Shown here piece by piece: positions 45,701 to 53,833 of a DNA stretch of 64,000 nucleotides (positions are counted from its first letter, which is position 1; each line of letters opens with the position of its first letter). A program made the position numbers and the translations under genes. Location of the stretch: the IMG/VR virus record IMGVR_UViG_3300042010_000106, positions 248,001 to 312,000 of that record, one strand, 5' to 3'. The notes beneath the pieces are model-generated. The model ran no database searches, was not told the DNA's origin, and saw nothing but the letters and a program-made list of their open reading frames with translations.

Positions 45701-45852
45701 TCGGCGGTTACGGCCCGAAAATGAAAGCGAAAGGCGCGAAGAAAATCGAAGGTGTTGCAACTATCGAGACTTCCAAAGTCAAGAAGATTGCGAAGAAAAC
45801 CCTCGACGTTATTCAGTCCAAAGCGAAACGACTCACGAAGGAAAAACGATGA
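42754..45852 (+). CDS. polA: Family A DNA polymerase with N-terminal UDG-like domain and 3'-5' exonuclease
   Basis: AIDTET (ExoI), TGRTSAKDPTLQTIP, VDYSAHEVR (motif A), RQSVKQVIFGLIY (B), NSPVQG, VHDS (C); N-terminal ILFVLDYMPG...GATGDLL...VVTFG is UDG-like. The start may be 42766. Confidence 0.95.
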   Translation: MDYFMKFEYTEFRHKYGKALKSFDVTGFDYVELPKHINKKARGKILFVLDYMPGEALKRGKMFDGATGDLLQNLMWCAEEYNKAPNKLDDYDWLAISYHSVKTLGGSSSFLEAAHGEFKKRLEYVIEKYKPNTVVTFGPDPTKALNDEFISQHKGKKGVQYQHFYGVPIPTEIKGHKFKHVPTLSLRTLQKDDGTMAAAGYVARNLTTALNDGKLMYRVPKLDYKIKVVDTIEKFDKMYKKLCKAKVVAIDTETRNLKRRKNYTVTWQFAIDKDCAYILPFLHKDSPFMPEEITYIKNKLRDYFEWENENELNIYANAAFDLIGARRDAGVRYFKAPLWCVIAGEFARDENHKAIQAVTGQNYYSLLNICMQYGCRAYYESDFGKENRAFIADEDLAGPVLTYMALDVITLLHIQEQQAKYGRVIGYEKYYSMVSEQMSDQIHTLSNLEYNGSYLDIDWLFKLKSKDSQIVKEKNKVTKALYDSDGVRKANKLLAKKSGAPGMGMFGRVKHDIFSIRKAEHKELLFFDVLGLKPLFLNKKGKGKIDKDFQKKYEDVAEIKLFTELTKIDKLYNAYVKSFVLKWGNDDDFRSDKHMRPRFGYLDVVTGRTSAKDPTLQTIPQRSAMGKMIKRLFITHEGRIIVKVDYSAHEVRGWSLISEDMEVADVFREGLVLRQKFKKKPTVELAEQLELKGDVHKINAAYFFRKDVSEVDKAMRQSVKQVIFGLIYQQGEKGTAKSINATVEMVQNLTKEFFKRFPVGAKWFDKAKQHAREFLFVESPLGRRRNLWGLMTPKSHDESGNILARNERQAVNSPVQGMGSDFMMTGARQIERLRFEHYQATGHYPDFIQNNSVHDSLEFSCAYEDLWLAIKMIEQGLTTEVERISMERHGFKFGISLEIDFDFGGNLRDVEGWNMSLTGKFPIKEKSSLDGILVETLKWQKEELGYDIDIKRDMKRLHSKFAEGPEWAHKQYAFWQKQGIDALGGYGPKMKAKGAKKIEGVATIETSKVKKIAKKTLDVIQSKAKRLTKEKR

Positions 45853-47009
45853 AAATCATTGCAGGTGGAGAGGTTGAATTTGAGGCAATTGGTAAGGACA
45901 TTGCCGCAGCCTTCGCGAAAATTACAGCGGTCACAACCTATGTGAAAGCGGACGATACAAAGTTCGTAATTGCAGCGGTTAGTTCTGAGGAAGGCAAGGA
46001 AAATGCCGGGATCTTTCTGATTGGTTTTTCCACTGACGCCATGGCTTCCATGCGCATTAGTGGTAAGGCCAAGAAGAGCGGCACAATTCGTGTTGACGCT
46101 GTAACGCTTGCCGGTCTGCTGAAAGCCCGTGGCGAATGTGAATTCAAATCGGGTACAGGCAAAATCATTTTCCGTGAAAAGAAAAGCGAGTTCAAAGCTA
46201 GCTTGGATATCATGGAATTCGACGACGAAGATATTCGGATGCTGTCTCTGCAATTCGGTGAAATTCAAGGCGTGCCGATTGCCAAAGACGTGATGGATAA
46301 GCTTCTGGATTCGGTGCGGAAAGTTGCGTTGCTTGATGTCTACCATGGGCACATTCTGCCAGTGATTTTCGACATCGGTGAAAAGTGGCTGAAGGTCTAC
46401 TGCTTCGACGATTTCCACGTGGCGTTGTTCAAGCAAAAGATCAAAAACAAAGTGCCAATGCGCATGGCGTTGCCTACGAAAGTGTTTTCGATGGTCGAGA
46501 AATTCATCGAAGACGACGACGTAAAGTTCAGCACGGGCCTCGGTCGTTTCGTTGCGTCCAGTAAAGATTTCATTGTGTCGATTCCTGAAACGCAATTGCG
46601 TGACGGCGATTACACGATGGCATTGCACTACATCAAAACGCTGCAAGAACTTGACCCGCGTGCCTCGATTACATTTGACACGAAGGCGACAGCGACAGTT
46701 GCAAACATGGCGGTGTTGACTGACCAAGATACAAAAATGGCGATCACCATCGACAAGGAAAAAACGACTCTTTCCGTGAAAGGTAAGGGTGGCGTAGTTT
46801 CCGATAGCTTCAAAGCAAAAGCCACGGGCAAACCGTTGGACATGCGTGTAGACCCGCGAATTTTCATGGATCTTTTCAACAAGGTGAAAGCCGATGAAGT
46901 TACCATGGTGATGTACAAAATTCCGGCTGCAATGTCTACGTTTATGCTCACCAATAAACTAGATAACGGGACGTTAACGCTGGTCGGCACCTATGATGAA
47001 GCGAAGTGA
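45849..47009 (+). CDS. Sliding clamp, beta-clamp (DnaN)-like
   Basis: 386 aa alternating alpha/beta; ILPVIFDIGEKWLKVYCFDDFHVAL recalls LNGVLxExxxxxLxxVATDGHRLA; directly downstream of the polymerase, with a clamp loader in the window. Confidence 0.7.
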   Translation: MKIIAGGEVEFEAIGKDIAAAFAKITAVTTYVKADDTKFVIAAVSSEEGKENAGIFLIGFSTDAMASMRISGKAKKSGTIRVDAVTLAGLLKARGECEFKSGTGKIIFREKKSEFKASLDIMEFDDEDIRMLSLQFGEIQGVPIAKDVMDKLLDSVRKVALLDVYHGHILPVIFDIGEKWLKVYCFDDFHVALFKQKIKNKVPMRMALPTKVFSMVEKFIEDDDVKFSTGLGRFVASSKDFIVSIPETQLRDGDYTMALHYIKTLQELDPRASITFDTKATATVANMAVLTDQDTKMAITIDKEKTTLSVKGKGGVVSDSFKAKATGKPLDMRVDPRIFMDLFNKVKADEVTMVMYKIPAAMSTFMLTNKLDNGTLTLVGTYDEAK

Positions 47010-47442
47010 CAACGTAAGTCCGATTTTTTCACTGGCTGACACAATCTCACACACCACCAAAAATACAGAAACGTTCGAAGACTTTGGCAGCGCGCACGAC
47101 GGCCACCATATCGGCCTGTTCTTTCGTAAGCTGGCTGATACGCCAATGAGCATTGACTATCAGAATCCTTTTGTCTTGAATCGTTTCTGTAAGATGTACA
47201 ATTTTGTCAACGGCAGAGGGTCGGTTTACGGCCATCTGTTTGTTGTCAGCGATCCGTCGAAAGTTTCGCTAACAGACCATCGACTGATCATTACATGCAA
47301 CAAAAAAGAAATGTTGGATTATGCGAAAGTTCCGCTGACATCCGACCGACTGAAACTTCTGATTCTAAAGACAAGCACGGGCAGCATTCTCGCAATCAGC
47401 GGGCACGCCGCCAGTAAATATCTTGTCACGGAGCCTACATGA
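46993..47442 (+). CDS. Hypothetical protein
   Basis: 149 aa ORF. Confidence 0.7.
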   Translation: MMKRSDNVSPIFSLADTISHTTKNTETFEDFGSAHDGHHIGLFFRKLADTPMSIDYQNPFVLNRFCKMYNFVNGRGSVYGHLFVVSDPSKVSLTDHRLIITCNKKEMLDYAKVPLTSDRLKLLILKTSTGSILAISGHAASKYLVTEPT

Positions 47443-47771
47443 CGCATAAGTTCACGCCGACACATAATGCAGTGCACTTGCGGCATGCAGTAGCCGCTAT
47501 GGTGGAATTTCAAGGAGGGTCACGTAAAGTAGACCTAACGAATTTTCCTGAAGAAAAACTTGCGTATTTTATGCAGGCTATCGAAGAGGTTGGTTCTGAT
47601 CCTGAATTCATCAAACCGTGCTACACCATCGACCAATGGTTTGAGCGTCATTGGCGGCTGTTCCCTTTCAGCGATTTGTGGGCCAGTCTTACACCGATTC
47701 AAAAGGAAATGGTTTCCTGTGCACGCCATAGCTGCGCGTCATTGGCGACCCACTACGGGCATGAGGTTTAA
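47439..47771 (+). CDS. Hypothetical protein (paralogue of the next gene)
   Basis: WFERHWRLFPF...LTPIQKEMV. Confidence 0.75.
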   Translation: MTHKFTPTHNAVHLRHAVAAMVEFQGGSRKVDLTNFPEEKLAYFMQAIEEVGSDPEFIKPCYTIDQWFERHWRLFPFSDLWASLTPIQKEMVSCARHSCASLATHYGHEV

Positions 47772-48089
47772 ATGAAAACTTTTACTGTGCGTTCGAACAT
47801 GATGATGCTGCACGCTACTTTGAGTGGGCTGATGCTCATTCACGATATGCAACCGGCAGAATGGATTGAGCTGAATGACAAAGACGTTCTGGCCTACGGT
47901 GACGCGGTTGACGACTACCAATTGGAAGTTGAGCCGTGGTACACAAAGCATTGGAAATTGTTTCCCTTTGGCGAATCGAATTTCCGCAACCTGACTTTGA
48001 TTCAGCAGGAAATGGTTGAACAAGTCAGCGGGCAAGTTAATCTCGCTGGTCATTGGTATGGCGAGAATCTGCAAGCACTGCCAGCATGA
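47772..48089 (+). CDS. Hypothetical protein (paralogue of the previous gene)
   Basis: WYTKHWKLFPF...LTLIQQEMV. Confidence 0.75.
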   Translation: MKTFTVRSNMMMLHATLSGLMLIHDMQPAEWIELNDKDVLAYGDAVDDYQLEVEPWYTKHWKLFPFGESNFRNLTLIQQEMVEQVSGQVNLAGHWYGENLQALPA

Positions 48090-48628
48090 CAAAAGACGAA
48101 CTCGCGGCTATCAAGCGAATCATCCGTAAAGACAAAAAGTTTCAGCGGATGAAAGAGTTGTACGACACCAACCCGGCATACGCGATCAACTTCGAAGGTT
48201 TCCACGAAGAAATTTCGATGCTTCACGTCACGCGTAATACGCGTAGCCTGCGCCGGAAGAAAAGCAATCAGTTTGTCGAGAACGTGATTGATGCAATGCT
48301 GCAAGACGCGGCCAGCCGTTCCCGTATCGTTGAAATCCTTGGGCAGTGCGTGAAGATCGGCACGTCCATGGAAAAAACCGTGTCGAACGTTCGTGATTAT
48401 TTGCTCTCGGAATACACTGTTGTTCTGCGTAAGCTGGGCACACAGACCGAACGTAAATACTTTGTCGAAAGTGTGATGCGGACGTTTTACGAATACCTCA
48501 ACAAAATAGAAACTCTTGAGAAACATGCACGCCTTGTGGTGGACGACATCGACAAAGCTGGCTACGTTTATAAAAACCTCATTGAGTCCATAAAAATCCT
48601 AACACGACCTGAGCAGACACACCTATGA
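48086..48628 (+). CDS. Helical hypothetical protein (weakly UvsY-like)
   Basis: Start MTKDEL at 48086; all-helical, near an SF2 helicase; the family guess is weak. Confidence 0.6.
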   Translation: MTKDELAAIKRIIRKDKKFQRMKELYDTNPAYAINFEGFHEEISMLHVTRNTRSLRRKKSNQFVENVIDAMLQDAASRSRIVEILGQCVKIGTSMEKTVSNVRDYLLSEYTVVLRKLGTQTERKYFVESVMRTFYEYLNKIETLEKHARLVVDDIDKAGYVYKNLIESIKILTRPEQTHL

Positions 48629-48915
48629 AAACCGTATTTGTTTACGCAAACAAATTGGCTCTCGCTGCATTCAATGATCCGCAGGAGGAATTACTTAAAG
48701 CCTTCGAAGGCACAGCACTTCCCCACATTGCGGAACACGTCGTTATTTTCCCACTGGAAAGCAAAGACGAAGACCTTGCGGAGTTTCACCAACAGGTGGC
48801 CGACTACGCAAAGGAACATGGCGAAGCAGACGTGTTTTTCTACATCGTGGATGGGGCAGAATTGCGCATCGTTCAGGAATTGTTGACGCTCTCTTCTGAA
48901 ATCATTTTCCATTGA
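48625..48915 (+). CDS. Hypothetical protein
   Basis: 96 aa, ATGA-coupled. Confidence 0.75.
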   Translation: MKTVFVYANKLALAAFNDPQEELLKAFEGTALPHIAEHVVIFPLESKDEDLAEFHQQVADYAKEHGEADVFFYIVDGAELRIVQELLTLSSEIIFH

Positions 48916-48950
48916 TTGCATCGTGTGTGGGTTCATTCGTGCGCCCACAT

Positions 48951-48960
48951 AACTGTAAAG
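48951..48960 (+). promoter_or_regulatory. AACTGTAAAG candidate promoter box, preceded by a TGTGGG...CCCACA hairpin
   Basis: Intergenic motif match, but only 7 nt from ATG 48968 and overlapping the SD. Confidence 0.4.
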
Positions 48961-48967
48961 GTGATGT

Positions 48968-49408
48968 ATGACTAGCCAAGCATTTGAAATGCCGAAAGAG
49001 CTGCACGGAAAGTTCAACGACGCAATCCTGTCCTATTGGGATCGTCCATTGCTGCCAATGTTTTTGATTCGCGGCGAAGTTAAAAGCACGCTGGTTATTC
49101 AAACGGTGAACGGTCTGCGAAATGCAGAATCCAAGTTCATCGACGACCCGGCTATGCACGAAATTCTGTACAAAGGCGGCAGTCTGGTTTTGTACACGTT
49201 CACCACGATTGAAGAAGCCTGCGCCGCTATTCAGGCACACGCTGCAACAAAGTCACGGTTCCCGTTCATTTCGGTGCGCGACCTCAACCTGAGCGACACA
49301 ACACCTCTTTTGAAATTCTTGGAAGAAAACAACATCGAGTTGCGCATGATGTTTGATCGTCCCGAGTGTTATGCAGAAGAGGTTCGGCACCTCTTACCCG
49401 AGCTTTGA
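48968..49408 (+). CDS. Hypothetical protein
   Basis: 146 aa ORF. Confidence 0.75.
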   Translation: MTSQAFEMPKELHGKFNDAILSYWDRPLLPMFLIRGEVKSTLVIQTVNGLRNAESKFIDDPAMHEILYKGGSLVLYTFTTIEEACAAIQAHAATKSRFPFISVRDLNLSDTTPLLKFLEENNIELRMMFDRPECYAEEVRHLLPEL

Positions 49409-51076
49409 ATGGATAAAATAATCATATCGGATAAGCTGTATGTCCCAACACACGCCATCCCTGAGAAGCGTGTGCAGAAGCATTATTTCAAGTCTTTCTT
49501 TTCCGATTATGGTTGTCGCCAGTGCGATTTTCGTCCTGAGCGTCCAGTTAAAGAATGTACAGGTTGTGAGAACTTCGGCGGGCATTACAAGCTGGCGAAC
49601 ACCCGCATTATTGGCAACGTGGAATACTACGGTTTGCCTTTGGGTGATCGCGAAAATATCGAAGATAAAATGCGCATTGATTTCGACGATTACAAGATCG
49701 TTGATAAGCGGTGCCGCGAAGAGTTCGACTACAAAATCAAAGTGAGCCTCGGCGAAGGTCGCGACTGGTTCCCTTACCAGTTGAAAACCATTGATCGAAT
49801 GAAGAAAGCTAAGTACGGCCTGTTTGTTTTGCCGCCGCGTTCTGGTAAATCTTTGACAGCGATTAAACTGGCTGTAGAGCTGGGCTACAAAGTCCTGCTG
49901 ATCGCTGACCAATACGACTTCTTGAATCAGTTCATCGGTGACATTGAGGAAAGCACCAACCTCAAAGCGTTGCAGGAAAAGACTGGTAAAAAGTTGTACG
50001 GTTTCATCAAGTCCAAAAAGGATTTGAAAGATATCCAAATCGGGATCATCACGTATCAATCGTTGATTACCGACAGCGGGCGCAAGCTGTTGCGTGCCTG
50101 CAACAAAACGTTTGGCACCGTGCTATGCGACGAAGTGCAATCGACAGGCGCACCGGAATTTTCATGGGTTATGAACAACATGAAAATGCGTTACCGTTTC
50201 GGCTGTACCGGTACTGAAGAACGCAAAGACGGTAAACACATAATCACGTTCCTTGTGATTGGTGGTGTGAAATCAAAAATCAAACGTGCGCAGATGACGG
50301 CGAAGATGCTCGCCATCGACACGGGGTTAAAATCGAAAGGGAAATTCCAAGGCAAGGCCGGGTTTGTTCACCTCGGTAAAGCACTTGCGAAAAACGAGAA
50401 ACGAAATGCGTTGATTCTTGAGTGGGTTTTGAAGGATTTGGAAGCCGGTCACAGTATCGTTATTCCGCTGCACTTCAAAGATCATATCGAGGAAATGGTT
50501 CGCCGTATCAACGCAGCCGTGGGCTACGAAGTTGCAGCCGCATTTGTTGGTGGTGGTACATCGCCAAAGAAAAACAAAGAACGTCGCGACTGGATTAAAG
50601 CGCAAGCATCTGCACGGAAAATTCGTGTTGTTGTGGGCATTCGTAAACTGCTGCAACGCGGTATCAACATTAAACCGTGGAGCTGCCTGTACTACGTCAT
50701 GCCAATGAATAACGAACCGAACTGGAAACAGGAAAGCTCGCGTATTCTCACGCCAGACCCGGATAAACGACAGCCGATTATTCGGTTCTTTGTGGATAGT
50801 GGTGCGCAAGCGTCTTTGAAGTATTGTGCGAACACGTGGGAACAGGCGATTAAGTTCAACCACCAACCTACACCAACCGCACTCGACCGTATGCGCGTGA
50901 TGCTGAAAAATGTAAAGCGCAACATAAGCGAAGAAGCGGCAGACTGTGAAGTCGAAGTGAGTACAGCAGGCGTGCGGCCATCGGGCGGAATGTTCGGTAA
51001 TATCGCTGCGCAAATTGCCAGTAAGCGCCAAGACAACAAAGCGGACTATTGGAAAAAGAAGAAAGGTAAAAAATGA
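49409..51076 (+). CDS. SF2 DNA helicase (UvsW-like) with N-terminal CxxC...CxxC
   Basis: FPYQ (Q motif), LPPRSGKS (I), CDEVQ (II), GCTGT (III), QRGINI (V), QESSRILT (VI). Confidence 0.9.
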   Translation: MDKIIISDKLYVPTHAIPEKRVQKHYFKSFFSDYGCRQCDFRPERPVKECTGCENFGGHYKLANTRIIGNVEYYGLPLGDRENIEDKMRIDFDDYKIVDKRCREEFDYKIKVSLGEGRDWFPYQLKTIDRMKKAKYGLFVLPPRSGKSLTAIKLAVELGYKVLLIADQYDFLNQFIGDIEESTNLKALQEKTGKKLYGFIKSKKDLKDIQIGIITYQSLITDSGRKLLRACNKTFGTVLCDEVQSTGAPEFSWVMNNMKMRYRFGCTGTEERKDGKHIITFLVIGGVKSKIKRAQMTAKMLAIDTGLKSKGKFQGKAGFVHLGKALAKNEKRNALILEWVLKDLEAGHSIVIPLHFKDHIEEMVRRINAAVGYEVAAAFVGGGTSPKKNKERRDWIKAQASARKIRVVVGIRKLLQRGINIKPWSCLYYVMPMNNEPNWKQESSRILTPDPDKRQPIIRFFVDSGAQASLKYCANTWEQAIKFNHQPTPTALDRMRVMLKNVKRNISEEAADCEVEVSTAGVRPSGGMFGNIAAQIASKRQDNKADYWKKKKGKK

Positions 51077-51300
51077 GTGTAATCATCCTGCGTGCCCGTG
51101 CCGAACAAACAGCAGAACAGCGTAAAGAATGTGAAGTGTTTACACGGAACTACGAATCGCATACAGCGCACACGCAGGAAGAGGTTCACCGATACCTTGA
51201 ATGCAACCCGTTGAAAGATGTTACCTACGTTGCGTGGGTTTCGGTGGTTCTTTTTGGGTTGCTGTTTCTTATTTATTGGGTATGGAGAAATAAGAAATGA
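51073..51300 (+). CDS. Small membrane protein (C-terminal TM helix)
   Basis: VAWVSVVLFGLLFLIYWVW followed by RNKK. Confidence 0.7.
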   Translation: MSVIILRARAEQTAEQRKECEVFTRNYESHTAHTQEEVHRYLECNPLKDVTYVAWVSVVLFGLLFLIYWVWRNKK

Positions 51301-51488
51301 ATTTCGAAGCAGATACACCGGTTCACCTTGGCAACATTGCAGAAGCGGAAGCCGCATTTCAAGCGAAGCTCAAAGCAATGTTGAATCCCGATGTCGGCAC
51401 CATTGGTCACGTTGATCACGGTAAGCCAAAGACATATCAACCGAAATTGAACCGCGCACAACGTCGCGCACAGAAGCACAAAAAATGA
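51297..51488 (+). CDS. 63-aa protein containing the EF-Tu G1-region peptide VGTIGHVDHGK
   Basis: GGAG SD, ATGA-coupled at both ends; 11-residue identity to EF-Tu (N)VGTIGHVDHGK(T); C-terminal NRAQRRA. Confidence 0.8.
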   Translation: MNFEADTPVHLGNIAEAEAAFQAKLKAMLNPDVGTIGHVDHGKPKTYQPKLNRAQRRAQKHKK

Positions 51489-51670
51489 TTACAACTGGCG
51501 GCTGGATCGCAATTGGTATAGGCGCTGTGATTGTTGTCGTTGGAGCTATCGCAATTTTCCGCGAATGGCTCGACATGCAAGACGCGCAAAATGAACTGGA
51601 ACGCATGCAGTACAATAAATTCCAGTACGACAACCACACGGCTTTCGAACAATACAATAAAAAGGAATAA
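51485..51670 (+). CDS. Small membrane protein (N-terminal TM helix)
   Basis: GGWIAIGIGAVIVVVGAIAIF. Confidence 0.75.
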   Translation: MITTGGWIAIGIGAVIVVVGAIAIFREWLDMQDAQNELERMQYNKFQYDNHTAFEQYNKKE

Positions 51671-51674
51671 TCCT

Positions 51675-51914
51675 ATGTGGGAAATCTTTCGCAAATTGCT
51701 GGGCATTCGTACACCAGAAGAATCGTTTCGTGCTGGTGCTGAATACGTGAGTGCAGAAGTAGAAAAACACGGTGCTACCAACACCGAAGAAATGAATCGT
51801 TTGTGGGCCGAATGCGACGGTGCGATTGATAATTCCCCGTTCGACAAAGGTATGGCGCGTGAACTGATTCGCCTGAATATTCCTGATCCTCAAGATCCAC
51901 GGTGGAACCACTAA
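51675..51914 (+). CDS. Hypothetical protein
   Basis: Start MWEIFRK at 51675 (AAGGA SD). Confidence 0.7.
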   Translation: MWEIFRKLLGIRTPEESFRAGAEYVSAEVEKHGATNTEEMNRLWAECDGAIDNSPFDKGMARELIRLNIPDPQDPRWNH

Positions 51915-52429
51915 TGGGCAACGTATATTGCGTTTTAAATCACGACCGTAAAGAGGCGTACCACATCGGAAAATCTTTCACGGTCATTGAAATGCTTGGA
52001 TCGTGGGAATCGGTGCCGTTTTATCCATACAGCTATTTCAGTTTCAAAACGCTTGTACTGTTCGACATGGTAAAGTATCTCGCCGAAGCGGAACCGCACT
52101 GGCGTATCGACCATATCGAAAAACTTTGCAAAGAATTGATTGCTTTCGATCCGCAATCGCTTTACGAAGAATGCGACGATGCTGTGTTGGAATACTACCG
52201 CGACTACAAATACATCGGCAGTATTTATGCGCAGCATTTCGATTATGACGATGGAATAGGTAAACCACTGCATGACCGTGAAGACGGCCACGTGTGTGAC
52301 GGCGACCTTCGGCCACAAGACGCGCCACATTTGGTGCTGATTGAAAACATGAAATACCACATCGAAGAAAACGCCAAAAAGATCGACGCACAGGCCGAGC
52401 AAATCGCTAACCTTCTGCAAGGTGAATAA
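51914..52429 (+). CDS. Hypothetical protein
   Basis: Start MGNVYCV at 51914 (TAATG overlap). Confidence 0.75.
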   Translation: MGNVYCVLNHDRKEAYHIGKSFTVIEMLGSWESVPFYPYSYFSFKTLVLFDMVKYLAEAEPHWRIDHIEKLCKELIAFDPQSLYEECDDAVLEYYRDYKYIGSIYAQHFDYDDGIGKPLHDREDGHVCDGDLRPQDAPHLVLIENMKYHIEENAKKIDAQAEQIANLLQGE

Positions 52430-52432
52430 ACC

Positions 52433-52645
52433 ATGAGCATAACGAAACAAGATCGTGCGCGTGCAAAAGCTGTGATGAAACAGTTTGAAATCGACGAAGC
52501 GGCCCGTATGCAAATGCAGAAAGATTGCACACTACAACCGAAGCTGGCTGAGTATCTGAATAGTCCTGAAGGCAAAACAGATATGAAAGCATTCATTGCG
52601 GACAAGCTGTCTACCCTGAGCAAATTGTTTGGGGTGAAATTGTGA
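52433..52645 (+). CDS. Hypothetical protein
   Basis: 70 aa ORF. Confidence 0.7.
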   Translation: MSITKQDRARAKAVMKQFEIDEAARMQMQKDCTLQPKLAEYLNSPEGKTDMKAFIADKLSTLSKLFGVKL

Positions 52646-52839
52646 GCCTCGATCCTGAAAGTGTGCAGTATATGAAAGACGCCAGCACCAAAGCGTTGGA
52701 AGAACTTCGCGAAAAAGAACCGTTCTTTCCGCGTTTCAATGATCGCCGGTTCTACGCAAAAAGTACATTGCCTGACGGCACTGAATTGCACATCATTGCG
52801 CGCCCGAGCGCAGTCAAGAAAGGTACACGGGTATTATGA
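52642..52839 (+). CDS. Hypothetical protein
   Basis: 65 aa, GTGA-coupled. Confidence 0.65.
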   Translation: MSLDPESVQYMKDASTKALEELREKEPFFPRFNDRRFYAKSTLPDGTELHIIARPSAVKKGTRVL

Positions 52840-52958
52840 TGGAATACGACGAAGATCACGAAGACGCAATGTGCGAACACGGCAACTACTTCAACCAAGT
52901 AGAATGCGAAGAGTGCATGAGCGCAAATGAAATTCCTGATTCCGGGGAAGAAGAATGA
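52836..52958 (+). CDS. 40-aa acidic mini-protein with CEHG...CEEC metal-binding motif (not in ORF track)
   Basis: MMEYDEDHEDAMCEHGNYFNQVECEECMSANEIPDSGEEE; coupled at both ends. Confidence 0.6.
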   Translation: MMEYDEDHEDAMCEHGNYFNQVECEECMSANEIPDSGEEE

Positions 52959-53137
52959 AACGTCGAATCAGCCACCGTCGTGTGAAAATCATCATGGCTG
53001 CACAGCTACATTCATTGGAAAAACAATTCCAGTTTGAGCCGGACGACTATCACACCAGAAAAGTAAAGCGTATCTATATGCAGTGCGCGCAGATACACCT
53101 GAACGAACGTATATTCCCTGTACACGCGAAACTGTAA
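52955..53137 (+). CDS. Small basic hypothetical protein
   Basis: 60 aa, ATGA-coupled. Confidence 0.6.
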   Translation: MKRRISHRRVKIIMAAQLHSLEKQFQFEPDDYHTRKVKRIYMQCAQIHLNERIFPVHAKL

Positions 53138-53139
53138 AT
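53130..53139 (+). promoter_or_regulatory. AACTGTAAAT candidate promoter
   Basis: AACTGTAAATACGTTGTATAG, 28 nt before ATG 53168. Confidence 0.65.
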
Positions 53140-53167
53140 ACGTTGTATAGCACTAACTGAGGTTCGT

Positions 53168-53833
53168 ATGAGCAGTCGTCCACCAGCACCACACCTGAAT
53201 TTCCGCATTGATTCAGACAGGGTGAAAACTCTAAAAATGCAGGGCGTTGATGGTTCCGCGTTTCAGGTAATGCGTAGCCCGTTTCTACTCGACGATACTC
53301 TGACATCCATTACGCCGCACGTACCCGCATGGCTTCCTGAAGACTACGATTTGCCGCGCTTGAGTGTTCGCCGACAGATTGAAGCTTGCCAGCGGATGTT
53401 GACCAATCCTTTGCACGGTAGCCCGATTATTGGTATCGGTTCCATGGCTACAGATGATCGCGCAAAGTTTCTGGCGTTGTCGTTTATGGCAGCGGCGATT
53501 GATCAACAGAAATCCACCAAATCACACCGGGGAAAACTTCTGCCTTTGTGGCATCGGGTGTTAGGTGGTTATCAAGACAATTTGCGTGACCTGAAAGAAC
53601 GAAAGAATATTTCCATGTTGGTAATCACCAATGTGGCGCCAGATAGTACACCGCAAAAGATTGAAAAGGTGCGCGACCTTCTGGAAATCTACGATCATAT
53701 TCCGCGAATTGTCGTAATGAATGGCGCCGATCCTGTGTCGTTCTTCGTTGAGAAAATCCGAATGACAATGCAGTTTGCGATCTTTCTGAATAGCAAGCGC
53801 AGTTCGAAACAAGACCTATTGAGCATGATCTAA
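53168..53833 (+). CDS. Degenerate DnaC/IstB-like AAA+ protein
   Basis: Topology IIGIGSMATDDRAKFLA (Walker-A position), MLVITNV (Walker-B position), PRIVVMNG; catalytic residues missing. Confidence 0.4.
   Translation: MSSRPPAPHLNFRIDSDRVKTLKMQGVDGSAFQVMRSPFLLDDTLTSITPHVPAWLPEDYDLPRLSVRRQIEACQRMLTNPLHGSPIIGIGSMATDDRAKFLALSFMAAAIDQQKSTKSHRGKLLPLWHRVLGGYQDNLRDLKERKNISMLVITNVAPDSTPQKIEKVRDLLEIYDHIPRIVVMNGADPVSFFVEKIRMTMQFAIFLNSKRSSKQDLLSMI

Noticed and set aside
42754-51076. Inteins, introns or frameshifts in the polymerase and helicase
   Set aside because: Motif spacing is normal, there are no intein junction motifs (C...HN-C/S/T), and the ORFs are uninterrupted.
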